From an uncultured Bacilli bacterium (GTDB taxonomy: Bacteria; Bacillota_I; Bacilli_A; RF39; UBA660), in contig CAJTZW010000004.1 of assembly GCA_910584305.1 (NCBI GenBank), positions 45,967-109,966 on the forward strand: 64,000 bases of DNA. Reading direction: 5' to 3'. The position numbers were made by a program, and so were the translations under genes. Positions 51,334 to 61,550 of the stretch are shown here, one piece after another. The stretch's first letter is position 1; the number at the start of each line of letters is the position of its first letter. The notes under the pieces are model-generated. The model was not told the DNA's origin. It searched no databases and saw only the letters and a program-made list of their open reading frames with translations.

Positions 51334-51448
51334 AGCTCTTTTTCTATTGTTATAGATTTTAATATATTGCTCTCTTGATAAGTAAATAAATTTATGATAA
51401 ACTCATGATAGAGAATAAGGTAGGGAGAATAGTTAAAAGAGGTTAGGT

Positions 51449-53476
51449 ATGTATAGAAATGATAATGAAATTAATTTATTTGTCCCAGGTAGAATTTGTT
51501 TAGTTGGTGAATTAAGTGATTGGGCAATTGAATATAAGAATCAAAATAAAGATATAATTCCAGGAAGATCAATTGCTACTGGAATTGATAAAGGAATATA
51601 TGCAACTATAAAAAGATATAATTGCTTAAAATTCCACATGGGGGAATATGATTTCGAATGTGGTATGGAAGAAGATATTTTAGAAAAAGAAGCAACCTCC
51701 AAAAGCTTTTATTCATACATTTGCGGAATAACATTACATATGATTCGAAAATATAATGTATCTGGTATTTTTATAAATATAAAATACAATACTTTGCCAA
51801 TAAAAAAAGGGCTTTCATCAAGTGCCGCCATTTGTGTCATTATCGCTAAAGCATTTAATGAAATATATCATTTAAATTTAAGTGATAATGAATTAATGCA
51901 AGATGCTTATTATGGAGAGCATCTTGCTTTATCACAATGCGGAAGATTGGACCAGATTATAGTAAAAGGCAATACGCAATTATCTAAAATGGTGTTCTAT
52001 GAAAATTGTGTTTCTATTACACCAATCTCTGTTAAAAATGAAATTAATTTAGTAATTGCTGATTTAAAAGGAAATAAAGATACAAGAAAAATTCTAAATG
52101 CTTTACGTAGTTGTTATCCGTTTGCTAAAAATAAAGAACAAGAAGCAGTTCATCATATGCTAGGTGATGAAAACAAAGTTCTCGTAGATCGTATGTATAC
52201 AGCAATTGAAAGTGGTGATATTGAAGAGATAGGGAAAATATTTAATGAGAGTCAAGTATTAATTGATAAAGCGGGTATTCCAATTTGTGATGAATATAAA
52301 GCACCACTTCTTCATGAGGTAATTAATAATTCAACAATAAAAAAATTATCCTATGGAGTAAGAGGAATTGGGTCTGGAGGTGATGGTTCAGTTCAAATTA
52401 TAGCACGAGATAGAAAATCACAACTCGAACTTGTTGCCTATTTAAATAATGAACTAAAAATGGATGCATTTAAGTATGACATTAAAGCTACGCATAAAAT
52501 AAGAAAAGCAATTATCCCAGTAGCTGGCTTTGCAACTCGTTTATATCCGGTAAGTAGAGCTATAAAAAAAGCCTTCATGCCGATTAATGATGAAGGTATT
52601 ATGAAGCCAATTATTCTAAAATTGGTAGAAGAACTTGATAAGGCAGGTATAGAAGAGATATGCCTAGTAATAGGCTCTGATGATAAGGAAACATTTGATA
52701 CCTTTTTTAAAAAGTCATTAAATGAGGATCATTTAAAAAAATTTGATAAACAAACTCGAGACTATGAATTTAATATTTTAAGAATTGGCGAGAAAATCAA
52801 ATACGTAATCCAAGATGAACAAAAAGGATTTGGACACGCTATTTATTTGTGTAAAGAATTTGCTGGGTCTGACCCAACACTTATGTTGCTGGGAGACACT
52901 TATTATACCTCTAATACAGAAAAAACTTGTATTGAACAAATGCTAGAATATTATGATGAAGTGGAAAGAAATATAATCGCTGTTGGGGAGATCCCTGATG
53001 ATGAAATACAGAATGTGGGAATTATGACAGGATTATGGGAAGATAATCAAAGAACTAAAATGTCAGTCAAAAAATTGGTTGAAAAACCTAGTGTAGAATA
53101 TGCCCATGAGCATTTGCAAATGGATAATAACAAGTGTTATGGAAATTTTGGAATGTGGATTATCAATCATCATGTATTTAACCAAATAGGAGAAAATATT
53201 AGGAATCGAATTACGTCAAAAGGGGAGTACCAATTTGTAGATGCAATCGCACAAATACTAGGTGATGTAGAAGTAAAAGCACTAAAAATTGATGGAAACT
53301 CTTATGATGTTGGGAATTTACAATCATATCAAAAGACCCTTATTTCAACAATATTAGAAAAAAATACAGAAATTAAAAATATAGAAAAATTACAAGACTT
53401 AGAAGTACTAAGACAAATAAAAGAGCTTTTAACTTCCTCTTCTATAGATGAGGAAGTTAACCAAAAAAAGAACTAA
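51449..53476 (+). CDS. Bifunctional GHMP-family sugar kinase (N) / sugar-1-phosphate nucleotidyltransferase (C) fusion
   Basis: N-terminal PGRICLVGELSDW and PIKKGLSSSAAICV are GHMP motifs. C-terminal IIPVAGFATRLYPVSRAIKKAFMPI matches the GalU/RmlA-type NTP-transferase motif. 675 aa. Confidence 0.7.
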   Translation: MYRNDNEINLFVPGRICLVGELSDWAIEYKNQNKDIIPGRSIATGIDKGIYATIKRYNCLKFHMGEYDFECGMEEDILEKEATSKSFYSYICGITLHMIRKYNVSGIFINIKYNTLPIKKGLSSSAAICVIIAKAFNEIYHLNLSDNELMQDAYYGEHLALSQCGRLDQIIVKGNTQLSKMVFYENCVSITPISVKNEINLVIADLKGNKDTRKILNALRSCYPFAKNKEQEAVHHMLGDENKVLVDRMYTAIESGDIEEIGKIFNESQVLIDKAGIPICDEYKAPLLHEVINNSTIKKLSYGVRGIGSGGDGSVQIIARDRKSQLELVAYLNNELKMDAFKYDIKATHKIRKAIIPVAGFATRLYPVSRAIKKAFMPINDEGIMKPIILKLVEELDKAGIEEICLVIGSDDKETFDTFFKKSLNEDHLKKFDKQTRDYEFNILRIGEKIKYVIQDEQKGFGHAIYLCKEFAGSDPTLMLLGDTYYTSNTEKTCIEQMLEYYDEVERNIIAVGEIPDDEIQNVGIMTGLWEDNQRTKMSVKKLVEKPSVEYAHEHLQMDNNKCYGNFGMWIINHHVFNQIGENIRNRITSKGEYQFVDAIAQILGDVEVKALKIDGNSYDVGNLQSYQKTLISTILEKNTEIKNIEKLQDLEVLRQIKELLTSSSIDEEVNQKKN

Positions 53477-53497
53477 TAAAAGTAGTTCTTTTTTTTG
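53468..53497 (+). terminator. Intrinsic terminator after kinase/NT fusion gene
   Basis: aagaact-aataaaagt-agttctt hairpin followed by T8. Overlaps the stop codon. Confidence 0.6.
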
Positions 53498-53661
53498 ATT
53501 TCATATAGATTGAGTTTCTGTATAATTTTATATGTTTTAAATGAATATATGAAAGATGATTTATTCTCAACTTATACAATTGATACTACACTAGATATGT
53601 TAGAAATGAAAAAGTTTAAAAGTATACAAGGGAAAAAATGATTAGTGAATAGTATAAAATA

Positions 53662-54612
53662 TTGGGTTTTGATGAAAGTATTAGTGATTTAGAATTAATT
53701 AAAGTATATAAAGCATTAATCAAAAAATATCACCCAGATAATAATTTAGATGTTGATACAACAGAAAAATTTATTGCAATACAAAATGCGTATAAAGAGA
53801 TCGTTGAATACAGAATGACATCTGGGAGTTCACATCTAGGATATGAGAGTACGGATAAAGATTTCTTTAAATTTAATTCTAATTCGTATGGAACAATAAT
53901 GGGAGAAGATGCTTATAATGAATTGATGAATTATATTTATGCTAATTATGATTCTATTCCTAAAAGAAATCTGTTTGGCCATTTTGGTAGAGGAAAGATT
54001 TTTAAGAATGAGGTCATTCAGGAATGTGATTTAGAATTTGTAGACGGCTATACTGAGATTGTTACGGGTGTATTTGATTGCGCAGATGATTTTGCATGGG
54101 GGTTTTTTGGCCCTACAGAAGAATTGCAATATAATTTTATCAATAAAGATGGAAAGTTTTTATTTGTTCAGGGGAAGACTTTAATGTTTACTTATCTTGG
54201 TAGAAATATATTTTTTAATATTTACTCAGATTATGTATACTATTTATGTAGCCCTAATAAAGCTAAACAGTTAATTTCTTTAAAAAGTGGAGAATTTTGC
54301 AGAATCTATGATATGGGAAAATTTCTAGACGATGTAGTTGTAGAGTTAAATAGGAAATACTCTATGGAGGCGCGTGGTATGAAATATGTACCAACACCGA
54401 AGCCTAAAAAAGAATGGATACAGAGAAATGAATATGGTTCAAAATCAAATGTGAAAAAGATATTATTAAGATTTGTCGAAGAAATCAGCAATTATGATGA
54501 CATGACTAGGGATATGTATTTGCCTAACATGTTACCAGATAACAATATAGAAAAAGAACTTGAAGATAATGATGGGTGTATAAAGAAATTCATAAAAAAA
54601 ATAACAGCATAA
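53662..54612 (+). CDS. Orphan J-domain protein (DnaJ-like N-terminus, unknown C-terminal domain)
   Basis: LIKVYKALIKKYHPDNNLD carries the HPD motif. The remaining ~250 aa have no recognised domain. ORF begins at TTG 53662 with no obvious SD. Confidence 0.5.
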   Translation: MGFDESISDLELIKVYKALIKKYHPDNNLDVDTTEKFIAIQNAYKEIVEYRMTSGSSHLGYESTDKDFFKFNSNSYGTIMGEDAYNELMNYIYANYDSIPKRNLFGHFGRGKIFKNEVIQECDLEFVDGYTEIVTGVFDCADDFAWGFFGPTEELQYNFINKDGKFLFVQGKTLMFTYLGRNIFFNIYSDYVYYLCSPNKAKQLISLKSGEFCRIYDMGKFLDDVVVELNRKYSMEARGMKYVPTPKPKKEWIQRNEYGSKSNVKKILLRFVEEISNYDDMTRDMYLPNMLPDNNIEKELEDNDGCIKKFIKKITA

Positions 54613-54634
54613 AAGATAACTTTTATGCTTTTTA
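54607..54634 (+). terminator. Intrinsic terminator
   Basis: gcataaaag-ataa-cttttatgc hairpin followed by tttttatt. Confidence 0.55.
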
Positions 54635-54728
54635 TTGATTCAAGAACAAATGTTTGCTATAATAGAAAGGAGTTTAAAGATTTAATTTAATAATTTGTAG
54701 TATAATAACTACTAGTTTGAGGTGTAAT

Positions 54729-57542
54729 ATGGAAAAAATAATTGTTAAGGGTGCAAGAGAAAATAATTTGAAAAACATTGATATAGAACTTCCTAAAAAT
54801 CAGTTAATTGTTATGACTGGTGTTTCAGGAAGTGGAAAGAGTAGTTTAGCATTTGATACAATTTATGCAGAGGGACAAAGACGTTATGTTGAAAGCCTAA
54901 GCGCATATGCTAGACAATTTTTAGGTGGTTCAGAAAAACCTGATGTAGATAGTATAGAAGGATTATCACCATCTATTAGTATAGATCAAAAAACAACGCA
55001 TAAGAATCCAAGAAGTACAGTAGGAACTGTTACGGAAATCTACGATTACTTAAGGCTTTTGTATGCTAGGATTGGAGTACCATATTGTCCAATACATCAT
55101 AGGCCTATTTCTAGCCAAAGTATTGAAGAAATGGTAAATCAGGTTCAAAAACTGGAACTTGGAACAAAACTAAAGATTCTAAGCCCACTTTTACATAGTG
55201 AAAAAGGAACGCATAAAGATACATTAGATTCTCTTAGAAGGGAAGGCTATGTACGTGCCAAAATTGATGGTGAAGAATATGATTTATCGGAGATATCAGA
55301 ATTAGAGAAAAATAAAAAACACACCATTGAAGTAGTTATAGATAGAATTGTCTTAAAAGAAGATAGTAGAAGCCGTTTATATGCCTCAATTGAAGTTGCT
55401 TCTAAAATGGGGAAAGGAAAAGTTTTAATAGAGGTCGTTGGTGGTGAAACATTTATGATGAGTGAAAAATATGCTTGTCCAGACTGTGACTTTTCATTAC
55501 CTGAACTAGAACCCCGTATGTTTAGTTTTAATGCACCATATGGCGCATGTCCAGATTGTAAAGGACTTGGTATCAAATATAAACTCGACGAAGATTTAGT
55601 TATCCCAAATAAAGAGTTAAGTTTAAATGATGGTGCGATTGTAGCCATTAATACCGATGATACGAATAATATTACGTATACAGAATTATTCACGACATGT
55701 CAGTACTATCATATTGATATGAATGCCCCTATTCGTTCTCTTTCGAGAGAAGAACTTGATATTATTTTATATGGTTCTAAAGATATTATTGAATTTAATT
55801 ATGTTTCAAAAACTGGAAATACTAGAAAGACGAAAAATTATTATGAAGGAATTATTACAAATTTAGAAAGGCGTTATGTAGAAACAAAAAGTAGTTGGAT
55901 TCGTGAATGGATAGAACATTATATGAGAGAGCTAGATTGCCCAACTTGTCATGGTGCACGTTTAGATTCTTCAATTTTATCTGTATTAATTGATGGAAAA
56001 AATATATATGAAATGACATGCATGAGTATTCGTGATTTATATAATACTTTAAATCATTTAAAGCTTGGAAAAGAAGAGGCAGAGATTTCAAAATTAATTA
56101 TTAAAGAGATTAATTCTAGACTAAGTTTTCTTATTAATGTAGGGCTTGAGTATCTAACGCTGAGTCGTGCTGCTGGAACGCTTTCAGGAGGAGAGGCGCA
56201 ACGTATCCGTCTTGCAACACAGATAGGATCGAGGCTGACAGGAGTTTTATATGTTTTAGATGAGCCTAGTATAGGTCTTCATCAGCGGGATAACCAGCGT
56301 CTTATAAATTCTATGCTAGAAATGAGAGACTTAGGAAATACTTTAATTGTTGTTGAACATGATACAGATACGATGTTACAAGCAGATTATTTGGTAGATA
56401 TAGGTCCAGGAGCAGGCCTTCATGGAGGTTATGTTGTAGCTGCTGGAACACCTAAAGAAGTGATGAAAAATAAAGATAGTCTAACTGGAAAGTATTTAAC
56501 AGGTGAATATAAAATTGAAGTACCAGCTAAGAGAAGAAAAGGGAATAAAAAGTATTTAGAAGTAAAAGGTGCAAAAGAAAACAATTTAAAAAATATTAAT
56601 GTGAAAATTCCCTTAGGAACATTTACTTGTATTACTGGTGTTTCGGGAAGTGGAAAGAGTACATTAGTAAATGAAATCATTTATAAAGTAGTATCTAATA
56701 ATTTATATAAATCAAAAGAAAAACCAGGAGCGTATAAAGAGATTAAGGGACTAGAGAATATCGATAAAGTAGTTGATATATCACAAGCCCCAATTGGAAG
56801 AACTCCAAGAAGTAATCCAGCAACATATACAGGAGTTTTTGATGATATTCGTGAGATATTCACAACAACAAAGGAAGCAAAGATACGCGGATATGATAAG
56901 AGTAGATTTTCTTTCAATGTAAAAGGAGGAAGATGTGAAGCATGCTGGGGAGATGGTGTCAAAAAAATTGAGATGCATTTCCTACCAGATGTATATGTCC
57001 CATGTGAAGTATGTCATGGAACCCGTTATAACAGTGAAACGTTAGAAATTAAATACAAAGATAAAAGTATTTACGATGTTTTAGAAATGCGAGTAGAAGA
57101 GGCATACGAATTCTTTGAAAATGTTCCAAAAATTAAGAGTAAGTTGCAGATGCTAATGGATGTAGGTTTATCCTATATTAAATTAGGACAACCCGCGCCA
57201 ACACTATCAGGTGGAGAAGCAGCTCGCGTAAAACTTGCAAAAGAACTTCAGAAAAAACCAACAGGAAAGAGTTTATTTATATTAGATGAACCAACAACAG
57301 GGTTACACAGCGATGACATTAAAAAATTACTGATTATTTTAAATCGAATTGTAGAAAATGGTGATACCATTTTAGTTATTGAACATAATCTAGACGTCAT
57401 TAAAGTGGCCGATTATATCATTGATTTAGGACCTGAAGGTGGAGATTTGGGTGGCACAATCGTTGCTAAAGGAACTCCAGAAGAAGTTATTAAAGTAAAA
57501 GAAAGTTATACAGGACAATTTTTAAAAAAATATCTAGATTAA
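54729..57542 (+). CDS. uvrA: Excinuclease ABC subunit A
   Basis: RBS gaggtg before ATG 54729. Two ABC modules (GVSGSGKSSLA and GVSGSGKSTLV). LSGGE signatures. Zn-finger Cys pairs. Confidence 0.95.
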   Translation: MEKIIVKGARENNLKNIDIELPKNQLIVMTGVSGSGKSSLAFDTIYAEGQRRYVESLSAYARQFLGGSEKPDVDSIEGLSPSISIDQKTTHKNPRSTVGTVTEIYDYLRLLYARIGVPYCPIHHRPISSQSIEEMVNQVQKLELGTKLKILSPLLHSEKGTHKDTLDSLRREGYVRAKIDGEEYDLSEISELEKNKKHTIEVVIDRIVLKEDSRSRLYASIEVASKMGKGKVLIEVVGGETFMMSEKYACPDCDFSLPELEPRMFSFNAPYGACPDCKGLGIKYKLDEDLVIPNKELSLNDGAIVAINTDDTNNITYTELFTTCQYYHIDMNAPIRSLSREELDIILYGSKDIIEFNYVSKTGNTRKTKNYYEGIITNLERRYVETKSSWIREWIEHYMRELDCPTCHGARLDSSILSVLIDGKNIYEMTCMSIRDLYNTLNHLKLGKEEAEISKLIIKEINSRLSFLINVGLEYLTLSRAAGTLSGGEAQRIRLATQIGSRLTGVLYVLDEPSIGLHQRDNQRLINSMLEMRDLGNTLIVVEHDTDTMLQADYLVDIGPGAGLHGGYVVAAGTPKEVMKNKDSLTGKYLTGEYKIEVPAKRRKGNKKYLEVKGAKENNLKNINVKIPLGTFTCITGVSGSGKSTLVNEIIYKVVSNNLYKSKEKPGAYKEIKGLENIDKVVDISQAPIGRTPRSNPATYTGVFDDIREIFTTTKEAKIRGYDKSRFSFNVKGGRCEACWGDGVKKIEMHFLPDVYVPCEVCHGTRYNSETLEIKYKDKSIYDVLEMRVEEAYEFFENVPKIKSKLQMLMDVGLSYIKLGQPAPTLSGGEAARVKLAKELQKKPTGKSLFILDEPTTGLHSDDIKKLLIILNRIVENGDTILVIEHNLDVIKVADYIIDLGPEGGDLGGTIVAKGTPEEVIKVKESYTGQFLKKYLD

Positions 57543-57556
57543 TTCTAGATTTTTTT
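57533..57556 (+). terminator. Intrinsic terminator after uvrA
   Basis: atctaga-ttaat-tctagat palindrome followed by T6. Overlaps the uvrA stop. Confidence 0.65.
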
Positions 57557-57620
57557 GAAATTTTACGGATTTTGTAGGAATCGCCTATACTTATAGAGAA
57601 AATATAAGTAGGGTGATTAC

Positions 57621-58058
57621 ATGAAATCAAACAATTTATATATACTTTCTAATCTATTCACGAATGAAGATTTACTAAATATTCTATTGAATTTAGGGAA
57701 AAGTATATCGGATAATTTTTTATCAGTTAATGAAGCGTATAGACTTCTATATAAAATGTATGGTAACACAATCATTTTTTCAATCAGAAGTTTAAAAGCA
57801 TCTAGGATATTATATAACAAGTATAGAGAGTTAGATTTTTCAATGTGGAGTTCTATTAGTTATATAGTTTTATATCAATTAATAAATCAAAAAAATTCGC
57901 TAGAATATGACATTAATGTTTTTAAAATCATAAAAGAATATAAATTAAATTGGAAAGAGAGTATATACTATATACGAAATCATAAAATAAAAGCTTTTAA
58001 GAATGAAGAGGATATATTATTATCAGAATTTAAAAAAATTGTCATAAAACAGGAATAA
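57621..58058 (+). CDS. Hypothetical protein
   Basis: 145-aa ORF with no recognisable motif. AT-rich and lacks a strong SD. Could be non-coding. Confidence 0.35.
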   Translation: MKSNNLYILSNLFTNEDLLNILLNLGKSISDNFLSVNEAYRLLYKMYGNTIIFSIRSLKASRILYNKYRELDFSMWSSISYIVLYQLINQKNSLEYDINVFKIIKEYKLNWKESIYYIRNHKIKAFKNEEDILLSEFKKIVIKQE

Positions 58059-58098
58059 TATGGCAAATAATGGTATAATAAAAAAGGAGGTAGTATAT

Positions 58099-58809
58099 AT
58101 GACAGCACATATAGAAGCAAAGAAAGAAGAAATTGCAAAAACAGTAATTATGCCAGGGGATCCCCTTAGGGCAAAATTTATCGCGGAAACATATTTAGAA
58201 AATTATAGGTTAGTAAACCAAGTTAGAGGAATATATGCCTATACAGGTGATTATAAAGGCAAAAGAGTGACCATAATGGCCTCCGGTATGGGTATGCCTA
58301 GTATGGGAATTTATTCCTATGAATTATACAAATTTTATGATGTGGAGAATATTATAAGAGTTGGATCAGCAGGCGCTTATACAAAAGACCTACATCTTTA
58401 TGATGTTTTGCTTGTAAGCGAATGCTACTCAGATTCTAGTTATGCCTTAGCACAAAATGGGTGTAAAGAAAACACAATGTATTCATCAGAAGAATTGAAT
58501 TTATCTATTAGAACATCTGCAGAAGATTTAGGGGAAACGATAAAGAACGCAAAAGTTTATAGTAGTGATGTATTTTATAAAGAAAATGACAATTATGAAG
58601 AACTATATACAAATTATGGTTGTGTGGCATGTGAAATGGAATCGTTTGCGTTATTTCATAATGCGAATGTTTTGCATAAAAAAGCGGCTTGTGTATTAAC
58701 AATATCAGATAATCTGGTAACAAAGGAAGAGACAACTAGCAAAGAAAGACAAACATCATTTATAAAAATGATAGAGATTGCCTTAGAAGCAGCTCGCAAA
58801 GCATCATAA
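58099..58809 (+). CDS. deoD: Purine nucleoside phosphorylase DeoD-type
   Basis: RBS aaaggagg before ATG 58099. VIMPGDPLRAKFIAE and MASGMGMPS PNP/UDP-family motifs. Confidence 0.85.
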   Translation: MTAHIEAKKEEIAKTVIMPGDPLRAKFIAETYLENYRLVNQVRGIYAYTGDYKGKRVTIMASGMGMPSMGIYSYELYKFYDVENIIRVGSAGAYTKDLHLYDVLLVSECYSDSSYALAQNGCKENTMYSSEELNLSIRTSAEDLGETIKNAKVYSSDVFYKENDNYEELYTNYGCVACEMESFALFHNANVLHKKAACVLTISDNLVTKEETTSKERQTSFIKMIEIALEAARKAS

Positions 58810-58919
58810 TATCTATATATTGATAATGAAGTAGAGTGTCATGCCATCAAATAAGATTGGCCTGATACTTTTTCTAACTATGTAATAAAAAAGAAAATTA
58901 TGAACAAATTAATATAAAG

Positions 58920-60239
58920 TTGAAAATTATAAATACTAAAAGAGGTGAACTTGTGCAATATAAGAAATATGAACAAAAAGGATATAATTTACATGTAATT
59001 GAAACAGATCGATTTAAAAATATTGAGATTCGATTTAATTTTAAAAGACCTATTAAAAAAAAGGAGATTACGATTCGTAATGTCTTAAATGATATATTAA
59101 TTAATACGAATAAGAAATATCCAACAATTCGTGATATTGAAGTAAGAGCAGAGGAATTATATAGTTTTGGTGCATCTTCAAGTTGTTACAAATCAGGAAA
59201 TTATAGTATCATATCGATTTCCTGCAATTTTTTGAATGAAAACTACACAGAAAAAGGAATGCTGGAAGAATCCATTCAATTTTTCTTAGATTTAATATTG
59301 AACCCAAATGTAGAGGATGGTTCATTCGCGCAAAAACCATTTGAATACACAAAAGAATCGTTAAAGAATGATATTGAAAGTATTAAAGATGATCCAAGAG
59401 GATATAGTATAATACGCTTACGTGAGGAAATGGATCCCAATAGTCCTATTTCGTATCGTAGTTTTGGATATGTAGAAGATTTAGAGCAAATTACAAGTGA
59501 AAGTTTGTATATGTACTATAAAGATGTATTACAAAATGATGTAATTGATATTTTTGTATTAGGGGATGTTCGTTCTAATGATATTAAAGATATGTTCGAG
59601 AAATATATTCAACTTGATAGAAAACAACCACAATTTAAAATGAATCATTGTATTTCGGTAGAACAGGTTAGAGATTCTATTAAAGAAGTAGAAGAAATAG
59701 AAGAGATTAACCAAAGCAAATTATCAATTGGAGTTAGGGTGTATGATATGGATGAATATGAAAAAAAATATACATTAAATGCTCTATCATTTGTTTTGGG
59801 AGGAAGTAGTGATTCCAAGTTATTTAAAAAATTAAGAGAAGAAAATTCATTGTGTTATTATGTATCATCGTCTCCTTCTATGCTGTATAGTGATATGATA
59901 ATTGTTTCTGGAATCGATGGGGACAAATATGAAACCGCTGTACAACTAATCAAAGAAGCCATTGAGGATATTCAAAATGGTGGTGTAAAACAAGAGGATG
60001 TAGACCAAGAAATTAGTGTATATACAAATAGTTGTATCGAAATGTATGACTCTCCATCTTCTATTCTCTCAAATTATTTATCGCATGAATATTTAGGAAA
60101 TGATTTCATTGAGGAGAAAATAGAGAGAATTAAAGAAATGACACCAGAAAAAATTATTAATCTTGCTAAAAAAATAAAGATAGACACTATATATTTATTA
60201 AGAGGAGGTAATACAGATGAACAAAGTAGCGCTAACTAA
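58920..60239 (+). CDS. M16-family peptidase-like protein, non-catalytic partner (no HxxEH)
   Basis: M16 fold features but no inverted zinc motif. ORF starts TTG 58920. A better RBS/GTG candidate is at ~58953. Overlaps the next M16 gene by 23 bp. Confidence 0.65.
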   Translation: MKIINTKRGELVQYKKYEQKGYNLHVIETDRFKNIEIRFNFKRPIKKKEITIRNVLNDILINTNKKYPTIRDIEVRAEELYSFGASSSCYKSGNYSIISISCNFLNENYTEKGMLEESIQFFLDLILNPNVEDGSFAQKPFEYTKESLKNDIESIKDDPRGYSIIRLREEMDPNSPISYRSFGYVEDLEQITSESLYMYYKDVLQNDVIDIFVLGDVRSNDIKDMFEKYIQLDRKQPQFKMNHCISVEQVRDSIKEVEEIEEINQSKLSIGVRVYDMDEYEKKYTLNALSFVLGGSSDSKLFKKLREENSLCYYVSSSPSMLYSDMIIVSGIDGDKYETAVQLIKEAIEDIQNGGVKQEDVDQEISVYTNSCIEMYDSPSSILSNYLSHEYLGNDFIEEKIERIKEMTPEKIINLAKKIKIDTIYLLRGGNTDEQSSAN

Positions 60240-61503
60240 CCTAGATTTAGATTTATATAGTGAAACGTTAGAAAATGGATTAACTATCTTTGTAATACCA
60301 AAACAAAATTGTAATAATATTTATGTTACATTTACGACCAAATATGGTTCTATACAAAATGAATTTATTCCATATGGAAAAGAAGAGATGATAAAAGTTC
60401 CAGAAGGCGTAGCGCACTTTTTAGAGCATAAATTGTTTGAACAAAAAGATGGAGTGGATCCGTTTACATTCTTTGGAAAAAATGGAGCCTCTTCAAATGC
60501 ATCTACATCTAGTTATAAAACAACATATTTATTTGAAGGGCCTTCCTATTTTAAAGAGAATATTGAATACTTACTAGACTTTGTACAAGATCCCTATTTT
60601 ACAGATGAAAATGTAGAGAAAGAAAAGGGAATCATCATCCAGGAAATTAAAATGTATCAAGACAATCCATTTCGAATGGGGTATGAAAGAAGTTTATTCA
60701 ATACATTTCAAAAAAATCCAATTCGATATCCTGTAGGTGGAAGTGAAGAAAGCGTAAATTCTATTACAAAAGAAGATTTATATACATGTTATGAAACTTT
60801 TTATCATCCGTCCAATATGTTTATTGTTGTAACAGGAAATGTAAATCCAGAAGAAACAATTGATATTGTTCGTGAAAACCAAAAGAAGAAGAATTTTAAA
60901 GAAGCTTATCCAATTGAAATAAAGGAATATGATGAACCAAATGAAGTAGGGAAACCAAAAGAAACATTGAAGATGAATGTTGCTATACCAAAGTTAATGC
61001 TGAATTTTAAATTTAATATAGAGAAAATGACTATGGTAGAGGACAAATGGCTTCTTACATATTTGTCTGTGTTTGCTGATTTAAAACTAGGACCTACTTC
61101 AACATTCCAAAAAGAATTATTAGATGAAAATTTAATTACAGAACCACTTGATTTCTATGTAGCATATACAAAAACACATGCAGTATTGATGATTACTGCG
61201 GAAAGTAAAAAAACAGATATAGTAGAGAAAAAAATCAAAGAAGAAATAGGTAAAGATGACATTTTAGAGGAGGACTTTGAAAGAAAGAAGAAAACACTTA
61301 TCGCATCGGCAATCTTTGCAAGTGATAATATATACAGAATGAATAATAAAGTAATAAATGATGTACTATTGCTTGGGTATGTTAACCCAGATGATTATAA
61401 TAGATATAGAGGGATGTCCTTTGATACATTGAAACAGATTATGGATTGTTTAGATTACTCTTACACATCAACTGTTGTCATTGAACCCAAAAACCTTGAT
61501 TAA
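60217..61503 (+). CDS. M16-family zinc peptidase (active subunit)
   Basis: HFLEHKLFE HxxEH motif near the N-terminus. RBS aagaggagg. Confidence 0.8.
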   Translation: MNKVALTNLDLDLYSETLENGLTIFVIPKQNCNNIYVTFTTKYGSIQNEFIPYGKEEMIKVPEGVAHFLEHKLFEQKDGVDPFTFFGKNGASSNASTSSYKTTYLFEGPSYFKENIEYLLDFVQDPYFTDENVEKEKGIIIQEIKMYQDNPFRMGYERSLFNTFQKNPIRYPVGGSEESVNSITKEDLYTCYETFYHPSNMFIVVTGNVNPEETIDIVRENQKKKNFKEAYPIEIKEYDEPNEVGKPKETLKMNVAIPKLMLNFKFNIEKMTMVEDKWLLTYLSVFADLKLGPTSTFQKELLDENLITEPLDFYVAYTKTHAVLMITAESKKTDIVEKKIKEEIGKDDILEEDFERKKKTLIASAIFASDNIYRMNNKVINDVLLLGYVNPDDYNRYRGMSFDTLKQIMDCLDYSYTSTVVIEPKNLD

Positions 61504-61550
61504 ATAAAAATTGTTTGTTAAAATGAATATATAGTAAAGGTGTGAGTATT

